Notes under the pieces: model-generated
What the model saw: only the letters and a program-made list of their open reading frames with translations
Databases searched by the model: none
Told to the model about the DNA's origin: nothing
Program-made: the position numbers and the translations under genes
Assembly (NCBI GenBank): GCA_018266915.1
Contig: JAFDZM010000017.1
Location: 52,639-116,638, forward strand
Direction: 5' to 3'
Origin: Bacteroidota bacterium
Lineage (GTDB): Bacteria > Bacteroidota > Bacteroidia > Sphingobacteriales > Sphingobacteriaceae
Length of the DNA stretch: 64,000 nt
Shown here: piece after piece, positions 27,800 to 38,529 of the stretch
Layout: every line of letters starts with the position of its first letter
Numbering within the stretch: position 1 is the first letter of the stretch

Positions 27800-29911
27800 A
27801 TGCTGAATAGTCTTCTTGCGGCGTTGAACGATTGCGTTTGGGCTTTTGATGCAGACACACAGAAATACCTGTTCATCAGTCCAAGTATATATGCTGTTAC
27901 AGGATACCAGGCGAAAGATTTTCAGAAAAACATTCAGTTATGGGACGAGATCATCGATCCACGTGATCAAGACGACCTATCGGCCCCAAGCCGGAAAATG
28001 GACAGTAAAGAGTTGACGGAGCGTACTTACCGCATTATTGCCAAAGACGGGAAAGTAAAATGGGTGCAGCAAAGAAAGCAGCATGTTGCTGATGAGCAAA
28101 CCAATCATCAGGTTATTCTAAGTGTAATAGTCGATGTTTCCTATCAAAAGCAGGTCAGTTTTAACCTGAAGGAATCATTGGGTGATTTTAGCATGTTGTT
28201 TCATAACAATCCCACCCCAATGTGGATATATGAGTTGCCCACACTTCGGATTATGAAGGTGAATGATGCAGCACTGAAACATTATGGTTACAGCGAGGAC
28301 GAGTTTCTGTCAATGACCATACGTGACATTCGCCCGAGATTTGACCTGGCTAAGTTTAATAATTACCTATATCAAAAGGCGATCCCTGAAAGCAGCCTGC
28401 ATGGATTTAACAATGCGGGTGTGTGGAGGCACATGAATAAAAAGGGCGAAATTGTTTATGCAGAAATAACTGGTCACGAAATAAAGTACGATAACCATAG
28501 TTGCCGTGTCATTATCGCTACGGATGTGACAGAAAAGGTATTACAACAGGAAGCGTTAAAGCGCCGTGAGCAGTTCCTTACTTCGCTGGTCGATTCGCAA
28601 ACCAATTTTTTGGTGAGAATTGATGCTGACTATAACTTCACTTTTGCCAACCGGTGGTTTTACAAGACGCTGGGTTATAAAGAAAAAGAAATTATTGGCG
28701 GTCCTTTTTCAAAAACAGTTTTGCCAGATGAGTATGAACAGTGTGAACAGGCGTTTAAAAACTGTGTCAAACATCCGGGCAAAGTGATCAGCTTGAAGCA
28801 TAGAAAGATCGATACTGAAGGCAATAGTCACTGGATAAAATGGGAGTTTATTGCGGTTCTGGATGAGAATGGTGAGGTATCCGAGCTGCAAGGTGTGGGG
28901 CAAGATGTGACACAAAATGTCGAGATTGAGAAAGAGGTTAAAAAGGCTTCGGAAAGACTCAACAGCTTTGTCGAGAGCATTACCGATGCTTTTTTTATAG
29001 TTAATAACGACTGGATGTTTATCCGCGTAAATACAGCTTTTGAAAAGATAACCGGCAAATCACGCCAGAAAATATTGGGTTCGGTTATATGGGATATTTT
29101 CCCGGGCATTATTGCTACTGAATTTGAAGAGGCTTACCGCAAAGCCATGCACGAAGAGATAAGCGTGCAGTTTACAGAGTACTTTAAACCACTGAGTAAA
29201 TGGCTGAATACAACTGTTTACCCGGCAAGTGAAGGCCTCACTGTATTTATGCGCGACATTACTTATGAAATGCATGTGCAGGAAGAAATCCTCTGGACAA
29301 AAAATAACCTCGAGGCGCTGATCAACAATACCGAGGATCTGACCTGGTCCATAGATCGCGACGGGAAGTATGTTTATATGAACAGCGCTTATCGTAAACG
29401 TATTGCTGACACTTCCGGCGTGTTACCTCAGGAAGGCGACAATGCATACCTGCATTCAGGTCCAACAAATGAAATCAATTCCGAATGGCGGTCATATTAC
29501 CAGCGGGCTTTTGATGGCGAAAGATATGTGATCAGGCACGAAAGCATCAACCCTAAAACCCAGGAAACCGAGCATTTCGAAGTAAGCTTTAACCCGATCT
29601 ATAAGGGTACAAAAGATAAGATAATTGGTGTTGGATGTTTTGCACGTAATATTACCGAAAGGTTGAAAACCGAAGAAGCCCTAATAGATCAGAACGAACG
29701 CTTAAAAAATATTGCCTCGTTAAGCTCTCATGAACTGCGCAGACCGGTGGCTAGCATGATAGGCTTGCTTAATATTTTGGATAGGGAAAATTTTAGTAAC
29801 CCGGAGAATAAGCAAATCATGGATCATCTACATACAGTAACGCAGGAGATTGATGAAGTGATCAGGGTGATCGTCAATAAAACCTTTATTGATTCGCGCT
29901 TTAATTTATAA
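27800..29911 (+). CDS. Multi-PAS sensor protein ending in a HisKA helix pair (no HATPase domain)
   Basis: Repeated PAS/PAC units (YLFISPS, NPTPMWIY, FTFAN, ITDAFF, DLTWSID). SHELRRPVASMIGL about 50 aa before the stop. Confidence 0.85.
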   Translation: MLNSLLAALNDCVWAFDADTQKYLFISPSIYAVTGYQAKDFQKNIQLWDEIIDPRDQDDLSAPSRKMDSKELTERTYRIIAKDGKVKWVQQRKQHVADEQTNHQVILSVIVDVSYQKQVSFNLKESLGDFSMLFHNNPTPMWIYELPTLRIMKVNDAALKHYGYSEDEFLSMTIRDIRPRFDLAKFNNYLYQKAIPESSLHGFNNAGVWRHMNKKGEIVYAEITGHEIKYDNHSCRVIIATDVTEKVLQQEALKRREQFLTSLVDSQTNFLVRIDADYNFTFANRWFYKTLGYKEKEIIGGPFSKTVLPDEYEQCEQAFKNCVKHPGKVISLKHRKIDTEGNSHWIKWEFIAVLDENGEVSELQGVGQDVTQNVEIEKEVKKASERLNSFVESITDAFFIVNNDWMFIRVNTAFEKITGKSRQKILGSVIWDIFPGIIATEFEEAYRKAMHEEISVQFTEYFKPLSKWLNTTVYPASEGLTVFMRDITYEMHVQEEILWTKNNLEALINNTEDLTWSIDRDGKYVYMNSAYRKRIADTSGVLPQEGDNAYLHSGPTNEINSEWRSYYQRAFDGERYVIRHESINPKTQETEHFEVSFNPIYKGTKDKIIGVGCFARNITERLKTEEALIDQNERLKNIASLSSHELRRPVASMIGLLNILDRENFSNPENKQIMDHLHTVTQEIDEVIRVIVNKTFIDSRFNL

Positions 29912-30886
29912 GGATAGCATTTCTACTATTCTTATCACGTTGGGGTCGATATCTGTGTGGTGTTTTATGGCGTGTTCAAACGGTGTGAACATGATCTCGT
30001 TATTGATCAGTCCAACCATTTCGCCGCGGTAACCCATTTTTAGGGCTTCAACAGCAGCTACGCCGGTACGGCTGGCTAATACCCTATCCATACAGGTAGG
30101 TTTTCCGCCGCGTTGAATGTGGCCAAGAATGGAAACACGTGTATCTAAATGTGGGAATCTCTCTTTTACTTTACGACCGATCTCGAAAGCGCCGCCTTCT
30201 TCATTTTCACCTTCGGCCACGATTACTATACGTGAAGTTTTGTCCTTACGGCCATTTTCCAGCCTGTCGAACAAACTTGCAAGACCCGCTTTTCTTTCCG
30301 GGATCAATATATGTTCAGCACCAGATGCAATACCAGTACGCAGTGCGATCATCCCGGAGTCACGGCCCATTACTTCAACTATAAACAGGCGGTCGTGTGA
30401 TTCGGCAGTGTCACGGATCTTGTCTACAGCATTGATTACCGTATTGATGGCCGTATCATAACCGATAGTAAAATCGGTGCCGGTCATGTCGTTATCGATG
30501 GTACCTGGTAAACCTATAACAGGAATATCAAACTCTTCACCAAATACAGTAGCGCCTCTGAAGGTACCATCACCACCAATGCCGATCAATGCATCAACAC
30601 CTGCTTTTTTTAGATTGTCATAAGCAAGCTGACGGCCTTCTTTGGTGCGGAATTGCTCACTGCGGGCAGTCTTGAGTATAGTGCCGCCTTTTTGAATAAT
30701 ATTTGAAACCGATCTTCGGTCCATGGGGAACAGATCGCCCGTGATCATTCCCTCATATCCCCTGCGGATGCCGGTAACTTTGATATTGTAATATAAAGCT
30801 GTACGTACAACTGCCCGTATGGCAGCATTCATGCCCGGTGCATCACCGCCCGAAGTATAAAGCCCGATATTTGTTATGTCAGCCAT
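29906..30886 (-). CDS. pfkA: 6-phosphofructokinase
   Basis: TSGGDAPGMNAAIR, IGGDGT, PGTIDND, EVMGR, LGHIQRGG. Confidence 0.97.
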   Translation of the reverse strand: MADITNIGLYTSGGDAPGMNAAIRAVVRTALYYNIKVTGIRRGYEGMITGDLFPMDRRSVSNIIQKGGTILKTARSEQFRTKEGRQLAYDNLKKAGVDALIGIGGDGTFRGATVFGEEFDIPVIGLPGTIDNDMTGTDFTIGYDTAINTVINAVDKIRDTAESHDRLFIVEVMGRDSGMIALRTGIASGAEHILIPERKAGLASLFDRLENGRKDKTSRIVIVAEGENEEGGAFEIGRKVKERFPHLDTRVSILGHIQRGGKPTCMDRVLASRTGVAAVEALKMGYRGEMVGLINNEIMFTPFEHAIKHHTDIDPNVIRIVEMLSL

Positions 30887-31016
30887 TTTTGGTAGTACGG
30901 CGGATTACAGTCCGCCCTGCAAATAGTAAACGCAAAAAATCTAATTGAAATATGATTTGTGTTATAATAACACTATCATTTTTCAGCGCGAATTTACATT
31001 TATTTTTGGCTCTGCA

Positions 31017-32753
31017 CTATTTTTTGTAAGCATTGATGCCGCTTTCGAGGAATTTTGTGTAGCTGGCAATGTTATAATCTGCTGGTGAGGGTTGTATTTC
31101 TTTACCATCTTTATCCTTCAAAAGGTCACCGTCACCATCCAGCATTACATAAAGCGGCTGTGAGTTAGAATTAAATCTTGATGCTTCCACGTCGCTCCAT
31201 TTACCGCCTAGAGTCGTGATTTTTTTACCGCTATAGGTCGATACGAATTGCTCGTTTGCGGGTAATTCTGCTTTATCGTCAACAACCAGTTGAAGCAGTA
31301 CAAAATCATCGCGCAGATGTTTGAAAACCACCGGATCAGACCAAACATTGGTTTCCATCTTGCGGCAATTCACGCAATTGAAACCTGTAAAATCAATAAT
31401 GATGGGTTTATGCAACTCTTTCGATACCTGCAAGGCCTGATCGTAATCGTACCAGGCATCAAGCCCCCGTGTTTTTATACGGACATAATTATTCGCATAC
31501 TTATGTTCCTTTATCGAAGTCTGCTGAACAGGCGCTAATACTGATCCGTCCGGAGTGCGTGACAGGTCAAAATCCTGTGTAGCCGGTGGAGGTAAAAATG
31601 CACTAATCGATTTCAAAGGTGCTCCCCATAAGCCGGGTATCATGTAAATGACAAAAGCAAATACGATAACAGAGATAAAGAATCTTGGTACAGATATATG
31701 AGTTACTTCACTATCATGCGAAAATTTGATCTTGCCTATAAGGTATAACCCCAGTAAAAGTCCTAAAGCTATCCATAATGACAAGAATATTTCGCGGTCA
31801 AACCAGTTCCAGTGATAAGCCAGGTCGACATTCGATAGGAATTTTAAGGCAAATGCCAACTCAAGGAACCCCAAAACCACTTTCACACTATTAAGCCAGC
31901 CACCTGATTTTGGCAGGCTTTTTAGCATAGATGGAAACATGGCAAATATGGTAAACGGAATAGCTAATGCTGCTGAAAATCCAAGCATACCCATAGCAGG
32001 GCCCAAACGTTCTCCTTTTGATGCGGCGTCAACAAGCAATGTTCCTATAATTGGTCCCGTACACGAAAACGACACCACAACCAGCGTTGAGGCCATAAAA
32101 AATATGCCGATCATTCCACCCCTGTCCGAGTTCTGATCTAATTTGTTGGCCAGTGAGCTTGGTAAAACAATTTCGAAAGCACCGAGAAAGGAAATGCCAA
32201 AAACAACCAGCAATAAGAAGAAGAATATATTGAAAATGCCATTTGTCGATAATGCATTTAATGCATCTGAGCCAAATGCAATAGTGATAATCAGACCTAA
32301 TGTCACATATATGATAATAATCGACAAGCCATAGATAATTGACTTAAATATCCCACCGGACCGGGTTCCGCTTTGTTTGGTAAAGAAACTTACAGTAAGA
32401 GGAAGCAAGGGATAGATACATGGCAGTAACAAGGCTGTAAATCCGCCCAATAAACCTTCGATGAAAATTTGCCATAACGTTTTTGGTGCTTCTGGTTTAG
32501 ATACTGTGGTCTTTTGGGTAGTAGTTTTTGCTTTGGCAGCCTCTGCTGCCGCCGCCTTTTTCCGCATAGCTATACTATCAGCAGCAGTAGGAATATCTGT
32601 AAACTGCACATCGCTGGTAGAAACGGTGTCAGCTTGCTTTTTTTGGAAGGCATGGGCCTGGTTGGTTGCCGAAAACGATAGCATAATTACCGCAGCAATG
32701 GCTAACCATATGATTTTTATATAGCTTTTTGAAATCGAAGATGTCATTTTCAC
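31017..32753 (-). CDS. dsbD: Thiol:disulfide interchange protein DsbD (TM plus thioredoxin domains)
   Basis: LLPCIYPLLP, SFSCTGPIIG, DFTGFNCVNC. Confidence 0.9.
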   Translation of the reverse strand: MKMTSSISKSYIKIIWLAIAAVIMLSFSATNQAHAFQKKQADTVSTSDVQFTDIPTAADSIAMRKKAAAAEAAKAKTTTQKTTVSKPEAPKTLWQIFIEGLLGGFTALLLPCIYPLLPLTVSFFTKQSGTRSGGIFKSIIYGLSIIIIYVTLGLIITIAFGSDALNALSTNGIFNIFFFLLLVVFGISFLGAFEIVLPSSLANKLDQNSDRGGMIGIFFMASTLVVVSFSCTGPIIGTLLVDAASKGERLGPAMGMLGFSAALAIPFTIFAMFPSMLKSLPKSGGWLNSVKVVLGFLELAFALKFLSNVDLAYHWNWFDREIFLSLWIALGLLLGLYLIGKIKFSHDSEVTHISVPRFFISVIVFAFVIYMIPGLWGAPLKSISAFLPPPATQDFDLSRTPDGSVLAPVQQTSIKEHKYANNYVRIKTRGLDAWYDYDQALQVSKELHKPIIIDFTGFNCVNCRKMETNVWSDPVVFKHLRDDFVLLQLVVDDKAELPANEQFVSTYSGKKITTLGGKWSDVEASRFNSNSQPLYVMLDGDGDLLKDKDGKEIQPSPADYNIASYTKFLESGINAYKK

Positions 32754-32761
32754 CAGGGTTT

Positions 32762-33211
32762 TTATTTACCTAATGGAATTGAAAAATCAACATCTTCCGG
32801 TGGAAGGCATTTTTTGTCGTTGCAGGTCATGTATTCCAGCTGACCTTTTATTGCTGACACATTGCCTTTTAGTTTTACTTTTTGCTGGAAAGTAACTGTT
32901 TTTTCAAAATAGGTCACGTTCATTTTGAAGGCCTCTTCGTATTTTTTTATTGGAGCAGGTTCAGACACATTACCCACTAAAGCGTATTCTTTTGAGGGAG
33001 TAAATTTAAATGAGGTTTTTATCGGACCGCCATCACCTACATTTAATGAATAAATGTGCCAGCCGTCCTGTATAGTGGCTCGTAAAAACACTACAGCCTC
33101 GTTGTTACTTAATTTTTTTGCCGCGTATGACCATTTAACTGGCGACTCTATTTGTGCATATGAGGCCGCACTGATCAGCAGCACAGTCATCAAAAGCAAT
33201 ATTTTTTTCAT
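32762..33211 (-). CDS. DsbD N-terminal (DsbD-alpha) domain protein
   Basis: Signal peptide, GWHIYS, YMTCNDKKCLPP. Confidence 0.85.
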   Translation of the reverse strand: MKKILLLMTVLLISAASYAQIESPVKWSYAAKKLSNNEAVVFLRATIQDGWHIYSLNVGDGGPIKTSFKFTPSKEYALVGNVSEPAPIKKYEEAFKMNVTYFEKTVTFQQKVKLKGNVSAIKGQLEYMTCNDKKCLPPEDVDFSIPLGK

Positions 33212-33259
33212 TTTTATATAGTTTATTAGTTCAGTTGTTCATTAGTTATCGAACTACAT

Positions 33260-34030
33260 TTATTTGTTCAAAAATTCAATTTCTTTCTGCGTATATTCTG
33301 AAGTTCCCAATCCTTTGTTAAGTATCAGAACACCATCGTCGCGCACATTTTCAATTACCCCTTCAAATATCTGCCCATTGGCTTTAAACATTTTATGCTC
33401 GTTCAGCCAATATAGCCGGGAAAAATAATCCTTCCTTACAACATCAAAATGGCCTGCCTTAAGTTTAAGGTAGACTGCTTCAATATTTTTGCAAATGTCT
33501 GATAATATTAGTTTCAAATCGTAATCCCTCGGTAAGATTTGTTTTAAAGACACTGCATTAGGTACTTCTAACGGAAATTTCTCCTGATTAATATTCAGGC
33601 CTATGCCAATCACTGAATTTTTAATTTTTCCGCCCTGAACCATATTTTCTATCAGTATGCCGCCGAGCTTGCCATCGGCATAGTAAATATCATTTGGCCA
33701 TTTAATTTTTAGCTGATCGCCCAAAAGAGGTGATAATGCATTGATGATACCTAAGCTCACAGCACGGGTCAAATCAAATTGCTGGCTTAGGGGTAGAAAA
33801 ACCGGATTAAGCAATATGCTAAAAGTCAGGTTTTTACCATCTTCACTATGCCACCGGTTCTGCTGTTGGCCTCTTCCTGCATACTGGCTTTCTGCCATAA
33901 TGACCGTTCCCTCCGTAAATGGCTTGGAATTTGACAGTGAATTTTTAAGGAAATTGTTGGTAGAATCAATTTGTTTAATTGTGATTAAATTTTGTCCAAC
34001 AAATAATCCTGAAAATATGTTATTTTGCAA
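33260..34030 (-). CDS. birA: Biotin--[acetyl-CoA-carboxylase] ligase (no HTH)
   Basis: DSTN, QYAGRGQ, KWPND, KLGGILIEN, GIGLN. Confidence 0.9.
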   Translation of the reverse strand: MQNNIFSGLFVGQNLITIKQIDSTNNFLKNSLSNSKPFTEGTVIMAESQYAGRGQQQNRWHSEDGKNLTFSILLNPVFLPLSQQFDLTRAVSLGIINALSPLLGDQLKIKWPNDIYYADGKLGGILIENMVQGGKIKNSVIGIGLNINQEKFPLEVPNAVSLKQILPRDYDLKLILSDICKNIEAVYLKLKAGHFDVVRKDYFSRLYWLNEHKMFKANGQIFEGVIENVRDDGVLILNKGLGTSEYTQKEIEFLNK

Positions 34031-34074
34031 TGTATTATAATATAAACTAGATTGTTCAAAACTAATTCTTTTTG

Positions 34075-34449
34075 ATGGTAAAAAACAAAGTGCTAAGTGA
34101 GTCCGCTTATCTTTCTGAACTGGCTATATACGGTATACAGGAAAAAAAGGGAAATGATATTGTTAGGTTAGACCTTCGAAATATATTTAGTTCGGTATCT
34201 GATTACTTTGTGATTTGCCATGCCGATTCGTCCACACAAGTAAAAGCTATAGCAAACAGCGTAGAAGAAGAAATTTTTAAAGCAACACAACAGGAACCTT
34301 GGCGTAAAGAAGGCCTTGAATACGGAGAGTGGATACTGCTGGATTATATAGATGTAGTAGTACACATTTTCAGGACTGACAAGCGCGAATTTTATGGTGT
34401 AGAAGACCTATGGGGTGATGCTGAGATCAAATTTTATAAAAGCGCTTAA
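34075..34449 (+). CDS. rsfS: Ribosome silencing factor
   Basis: EKKGNDIVRLDL, DYFVICH, WILLDYIDVVVHIF, FYGVEDLWGDA. Confidence 0.95.
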   Translation: MVKNKVLSESAYLSELAIYGIQEKKGNDIVRLDLRNIFSSVSDYFVICHADSSTQVKAIANSVEEEIFKATQQEPWRKEGLEYGEWILLDYIDVVVHIFRTDKREFYGVEDLWGDAEIKFYKSA

Positions 34450-34541
34450 AAAAAGTCAGTCACAGAACGGTAAAGACATGCGTCTTGTACCCGGTTCCCC
34501 TAACAAATTTTAAATTAATGATCGTAAGTTTGATCTAATAA

Positions 34542-36662
34542 ATGGAGATGAAAGATAATAAATCAGAGAGTCCGAAACCTATTCGGAAGATACCTAATAA
34601 AAAAATGGCCCCTAAACCACCAAAATTTAACATTATGTGGCTTTATGCCATTGTTATTTTGGTGCTATTGGGCGTTGGATACCTGTCAAGCAATCCTGTT
34701 ATAAAAACTATAAGCTATCAGCAGTTTGAATCACAGATACTAAAAAACCATGATGCTGAAAAACTGGTTGCCTATAAAAACGGCGACCTGGTTGTTGTAG
34801 AAGTTTATATTAAGAAAGAGGCCCTTAACAAACCCCAATATAATGAGGTGCGCGACCAAAAGTCGTTTACAGGCAGTCCAAGCAACGGTCCGCAGTACCA
34901 GTTTACAGATGCTTCTTACGAAAGCTTAAAGCAAACAGTAGCTACTGCTGAAAAAGACCTTCCTGATTCACAAAAAACGCCAATCGAGTTTACTCAGCAC
35001 GAAAGCCTTTTAGGAAATTGGCTGGTACAGGGTATTATTATGGTTGTATTATTTGCAGCTGTATGGATATTTATCATGCGCCGCATGTCTGGTGGCAGCG
35101 GTGGCGGTCCGGGTGGCCAGATATTTAATATCGGTAAATCAAAAGCTACCCTGTTTGATAAAGAAGCTCAGGTATCAGTTACATTTAACGATGTAGCCGG
35201 CCTGGAAGAAGCCAAGCAGGAAGTAATGGAAATTGTGGATTTTCTTAAAAATCCTAAAAAATACACCAACCTGGGTGGTAAGATACCTAAGGGTGCACTG
35301 TTGATCGGTTCACCTGGTACAGGTAAAACATTGTTGGCAAAAGCAGTGGCCGGCGAAGCACAGGTGCCGTTCTTCTCACTATCAGGTTCCGATTTCGTGG
35401 AAATGTTTGTGGGTGTGGGTGCATCACGTGTGCGCGACTTGTTCCGCCAGGCAAAAGACAAGGCGCCTTGTATCATATTCATAGACGAGATTGATGCTAT
35501 TGGCCGTGCCCGCGGTAAAAACAATATCGTAGGCGGGAATGACGAACGCGAAAATACCCTGAACCAGTTGCTGGTTGAAATGGATGGTTTCGGTACGGAT
35601 TCAGGTATCATTATCCTGGCGGCAACCAATCGTCCTGATGTATTGGATTCGGCTTTATTACGTCCTGGTCGTTTTGATAGACAGGTGTCTATTGATAAGC
35701 CCGACTTGCTTGGTCGCGAACAAATATTTAAAGTGCACCTGAAGCCTGTTAAATTGGCCGAAGGTGTTGATGCCAAAAAACTATCAGCACAGACACCGGG
35801 TTTTGCAGGCGCTGAGATTGCGAACGTTTGTAACGAGGCTGCCCTGATAGCTGCCCGTAAAAACAAAGAGGCAGTTGACATGCAGGATTTTCAGGATGCA
35901 ATTGATCGTGTAATTGGCGGTTTGGAGAAAAAGAATAAGATCATATCCCCAGAAGAAAAACGCATCGTTGCTTATCACGAGGCTGGTCACGCTATCGCGG
36001 GCTGGTTTTTAGAACATGCTGATCCGCTGGTTAAAGTTTCTATTGTTCCGCGTGGGGTTGCTGCTTTGGGTTATGCGCAGTATCTGCCTAAAGAACAATT
36101 CTTATATACTACCGAGCAATTAGAAGACGGTATGTGTATGACATTGGGCGGAAGAGTGGCCGAAGATATTACATTTGGCAAGATCTCAACCGGTGCTCAG
36201 AATGACCTGGAGAGAATTACCAAATTGGCTTATGCCATGGTGACCATTTATGGTATGAACGATAAGGTGGGAAATATATCCTTTAACGATACGCAGGGAG
36301 AATACCAGTTTAACAAGCCATATTCGGAAAAAACTTCCGAGCTGATTGATGCCGAAGTGCGTAACCAGATTACCCTAATGTACGATCGTACTAAAAAGTT
36401 ACTTACCGATAAGCACGAAGGCTTGGAAAAACTGGCAAACAAGCTGTTGGAGAAAGAAATATTGTTCCAATCAGACTTGGAAGAAATATTAGGCAAACGT
36501 CCATTCGACCACCGTACAACTTATGATGAGTTTGTAAATGGTCCGGAAGGTGGTAACCAGGATGCCGCTGCCGGAAACCTGGTACACGAAGGCGTCGCCG
36601 ATCATTCAGGAACATTCAACAGAAACCCTGAAGAAAAAGACGCGAAAAGCGATAAAGCATAA
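34542..36662 (+). CDS. ftsH: ATP-dependent zinc metalloprotease FtsH
   Basis: 2 [28 protein letters not shown]. Confidence 0.98.
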   Translation: MEMKDNKSESPKPIRKIPNKKMAPKPPKFNIMWLYAIVILVLLGVGYLSSNPVIKTISYQQFESQILKNHDAEKLVAYKNGDLVVVEVYIKKEALNKPQYNEVRDQKSFTGSPSNGPQYQFTDASYESLKQTVATAEKDLPDSQKTPIEFTQHESLLGNWLVQGIIMVVLFAAVWIFIMRRMSGGSGGGPGGQIFNIGKSKATLFDKEAQVSVTFNDVAGLEEAKQEVMEIVDFLKNPKKYTNLGGKIPKGALLIGSPGTGKTLLAKAVAGEAQVPFFSLSGSDFVEMFVGVGASRVRDLFRQAKDKAPCIIFIDEIDAIGRARGKNNIVGGNDERENTLNQLLVEMDGFGTDSGIIILAATNRPDVLDSALLRPGRFDRQVSIDKPDLLGREQIFKVHLKPVKLAEGVDAKKLSAQTPGFAGAEIANVCNEAALIAARKNKEAVDMQDFQDAIDRVIGGLEKKNKIISPEEKRIVAYHEAGHAIAGWFLEHADPLVKVSIVPRGVAALGYAQYLPKEQFLYTTEQLEDGMCMTLGGRVAEDITFGKISTGAQNDLERITKLAYAMVTIYGMNDKVGNISFNDTQGEYQFNKPYSEKTSELIDAEVRNQITLMYDRTKKLLTDKHEGLEKLANKLLEKEILFQSDLEEILGKRPFDHRTTYDEFVNGPEGGNQDAAAGNLVHEGVADHSGTFNRNPEEKDAKSDKA

Positions 36663-36671
36663 TTTTAGCAA

Positions 36672-36733
36672 AAAGTGGAAAGCAGAAAGACCAAAGCAAT
36701 AATCTTTCTGCTTTTCGCTTTTTTGCTTTAAGC
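36672..36733. repeat. Second palindrome of AAAGCnn heptamers
   Basis: AAAGTGG AAAGCAG AAAGACC AAAGC / CTTTCTG CTTTTCG CTTTTTT GCTTTAAGCT; same family as 23658-23732. Confidence 0.7.
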
Positions 36734-36740
36734 TATAAAC

Positions 36741-37379
36741 ATGAGGGACATCACATCATCAAAAGAAAAGCTGCTGAAAAAGATCCGCAAAGCTTTGCTG
36801 GAGAAACGGGATAACCCTTACCCTAACCTTGAAGACCTTCCCCATTATCCCCCTACAGACGAGTTACTTGAAGTAGTTTTTGCAAAGGAATTTGCTGCCG
36901 TATCTGGTCAGTTTGTTTTTTGTGAAGACGAAATGCAGCTGATCGAAAACCTGCTCAACCTGGCCGATCAACATAAATGGCATAAAATATATTGCTGGGA
37001 ACCTGCTTTGCAGGATATACTAACCCGTTTCGACTTTCCATATTTTGAAACAGATAAAGATTTTGAGCAGGCCGAAGTTGGTATTACTTTATGCGAGGCG
37101 TTAGTGGCACGAAATGGCAGCATTATCTTATCAAACTCAGGGATGGCCGGCCGCAGGTTAAGCATTTATCCTCCCGTGCACATTGTACTGGCATACTCAT
37201 CGCAGTTGGTTACTGATTTGAAAGATGGCTTTAAGCTGATCAAAGAGAAATATAAAAATCAATTACCTTCTATGATCACGACCGTTACAGGCCCAAGCCG
37301 TACTGCCGATATCGAAAAGACTTTGGTATTGGGCGCCCATGGGCCTAAAGAACTTTTCGCCTTCTTGCTTGATGGTTAA
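36741..37379 (+). CDS. LUD-domain protein (LutC/YkgG-like)
   Basis: GITLCEALVARNGS, PPVHIV, TGPSRTADIEKTLVLGAHGP. Confidence 0.9.
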   Translation: MRDITSSKEKLLKKIRKALLEKRDNPYPNLEDLPHYPPTDELLEVVFAKEFAAVSGQFVFCEDEMQLIENLLNLADQHKWHKIYCWEPALQDILTRFDFPYFETDKDFEQAEVGITLCEALVARNGSIILSNSGMAGRRLSIYPPVHIVLAYSSQLVTDLKDGFKLIKEKYKNQLPSMITTVTGPSRTADIEKTLVLGAHGPKELFAFLLDG

Positions 37380-37449
37380 GCAGTTAACCAATAATTAGTC
37401 ATTTTTGGTCGGTTTTTCCACATGGTTTTTCTTGGTTTTCAACAAAAAA

Positions 37450-37467
37450 TACCGTGAAAACACGGTG
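37450..37467. promoter_or_regulatory. Palindromic operator upstream of the signalling cassette
   Basis: TACCGTG-AAAA-CACGGTG (ACCGTG/CACGGT perfect), about 63 nt upstream of the 37531 ATG. Confidence 0.5.
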
Positions 37468-37530
37468 TATCTTTTTATTGCATTGCTCGTATATTGTGGC
37501 AGGTAATAATTAACCCTAACTTAAAAAACT

Positions 37531-37860
37531 ATGGCGACATCAACTGACCCTAAAAGCCTTATTGCGGAATACCAGCAACAAAACTCCGCAGCCGGAGGGC
37601 CCGGACTAAAAACTCCTGATGGATATTTCCTTAACGGTTTTTACATCGACCGCAAAACTATCGAGGACATTCTTAACAGTAACCCTGATATCTCAGGTAT
37701 CAGTGTTCAATTAGCTAAAGATCCTTCAGCTACTGGAAAACCAGACAACATTTTTACTATTTTCTTAACTGGTGCTATAGGCACTACGCCTCCGTTTACA
37801 GCCAGCGGTGACCCTACAGGTACGCCACCTCCTCCGTGCCCGCCATGGTGCACTAAATAA
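37531..37860 (+). CDS. Small hypothetical protein with C-terminal PPPPCPPWC motif
   Basis: 109 aa, no signal peptide, Pro/Gly-rich C-terminus ending CPPWCTK. First gene of the cassette. Confidence 0.8.
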   Translation: MATSTDPKSLIAEYQQQNSAAGGPGLKTPDGYFLNGFYIDRKTIEDILNSNPDISGISVQLAKDPSATGKPDNIFTIFLTGAIGTTPPFTASGDPTGTPPPPCPPWCTK

Positions 37861-37875
37861 GTCTTACATTTATAA

Positions 37876-38529
37876 ATGAATATCCAGGAAATAATAAGTT
37901 TCTTATTACTATTTATAGTTCTAGTTATCGGAGTGGTTTGCTATTCAAAGCTGACCACTCCTTTTAGACTTTTGGCCCTTTCTATTCCAGCAACTTTAAT
38001 ACTGGATTTGATATCAAAAGTGTCATCTCATCTATACAAAACAAACGCCTGGGTTTTACACCTGGAATGTTTGGTTTTGTATGTGTTTTACTCATCTGTA
38101 TATTATCATCTTTTTCAGCGTCGGACAACGAAGAAGGTCGTTTTGGTATTAACACTTGCTGTCGTTGTTTTTGCTGTTATAAATGCGCTATTTTTACAGC
38201 CAGTGGTAAAAAAGACGTTCCCATCGTACTTGTACCTGGTTACTAATACCATGCTGGTTATATATTCATTGCTTTTATTTAAGCAAATGCTGCTTTACCC
38301 GGTCAGTATAAGAATCACCAGCCAGGGCGTTTTTTGGTTTAATACCTCTATGCTGTTCTTTTCAACAACAATGTTCCTAAATTTGGGGCTTATTAACTAT
38401 TACGCCAAACTTACAAAAGGCGACGACGCTATTTATTATTTTTGGTACGGAAGTTATTATATACTATATATTTTAACAGGGGTTGCGCTCCTGTGCAATT
38501 ACAAAGAAAAAGAATCAAAGTATGCCTGA
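37876..38529 (+). CDS. Stand-alone 7-TM membrane protein (receptor-like)
   Basis: Seven hydrophobic segments by eye with short loops, no soluble domain. Overlaps the kinase start. Confidence 0.75.
   Translation: MNIQEIISFLLLFIVLVIGVVCYSKLTTPFRLLALSIPATLILDLISKVSSHLYKTNAWVLHLECLVLYVFYSSVYYHLFQRRTTKKVVLVLTLAVVVFAVINALFLQPVVKKTFPSYLYLVTNTMLVIYSLLLFKQMLLYPVSIRITSQGVFWFNTSMLFFSTTMFLNLGLINYYAKLTKGDDAIYYFWYGSYYILYILTGVALLCNYKEKESKYA

Noticed and set aside
35168-35881. 237-aa antisense ORF inside ftsH (also 49779-50456 and 49456-49932 in mfd, 19814-20338, 51589-52062, 1028-1210 and others)
   Set aside because: Shadow ORFs on the opposite strand of conserved genes, explained by codon bias, with no domain motifs.
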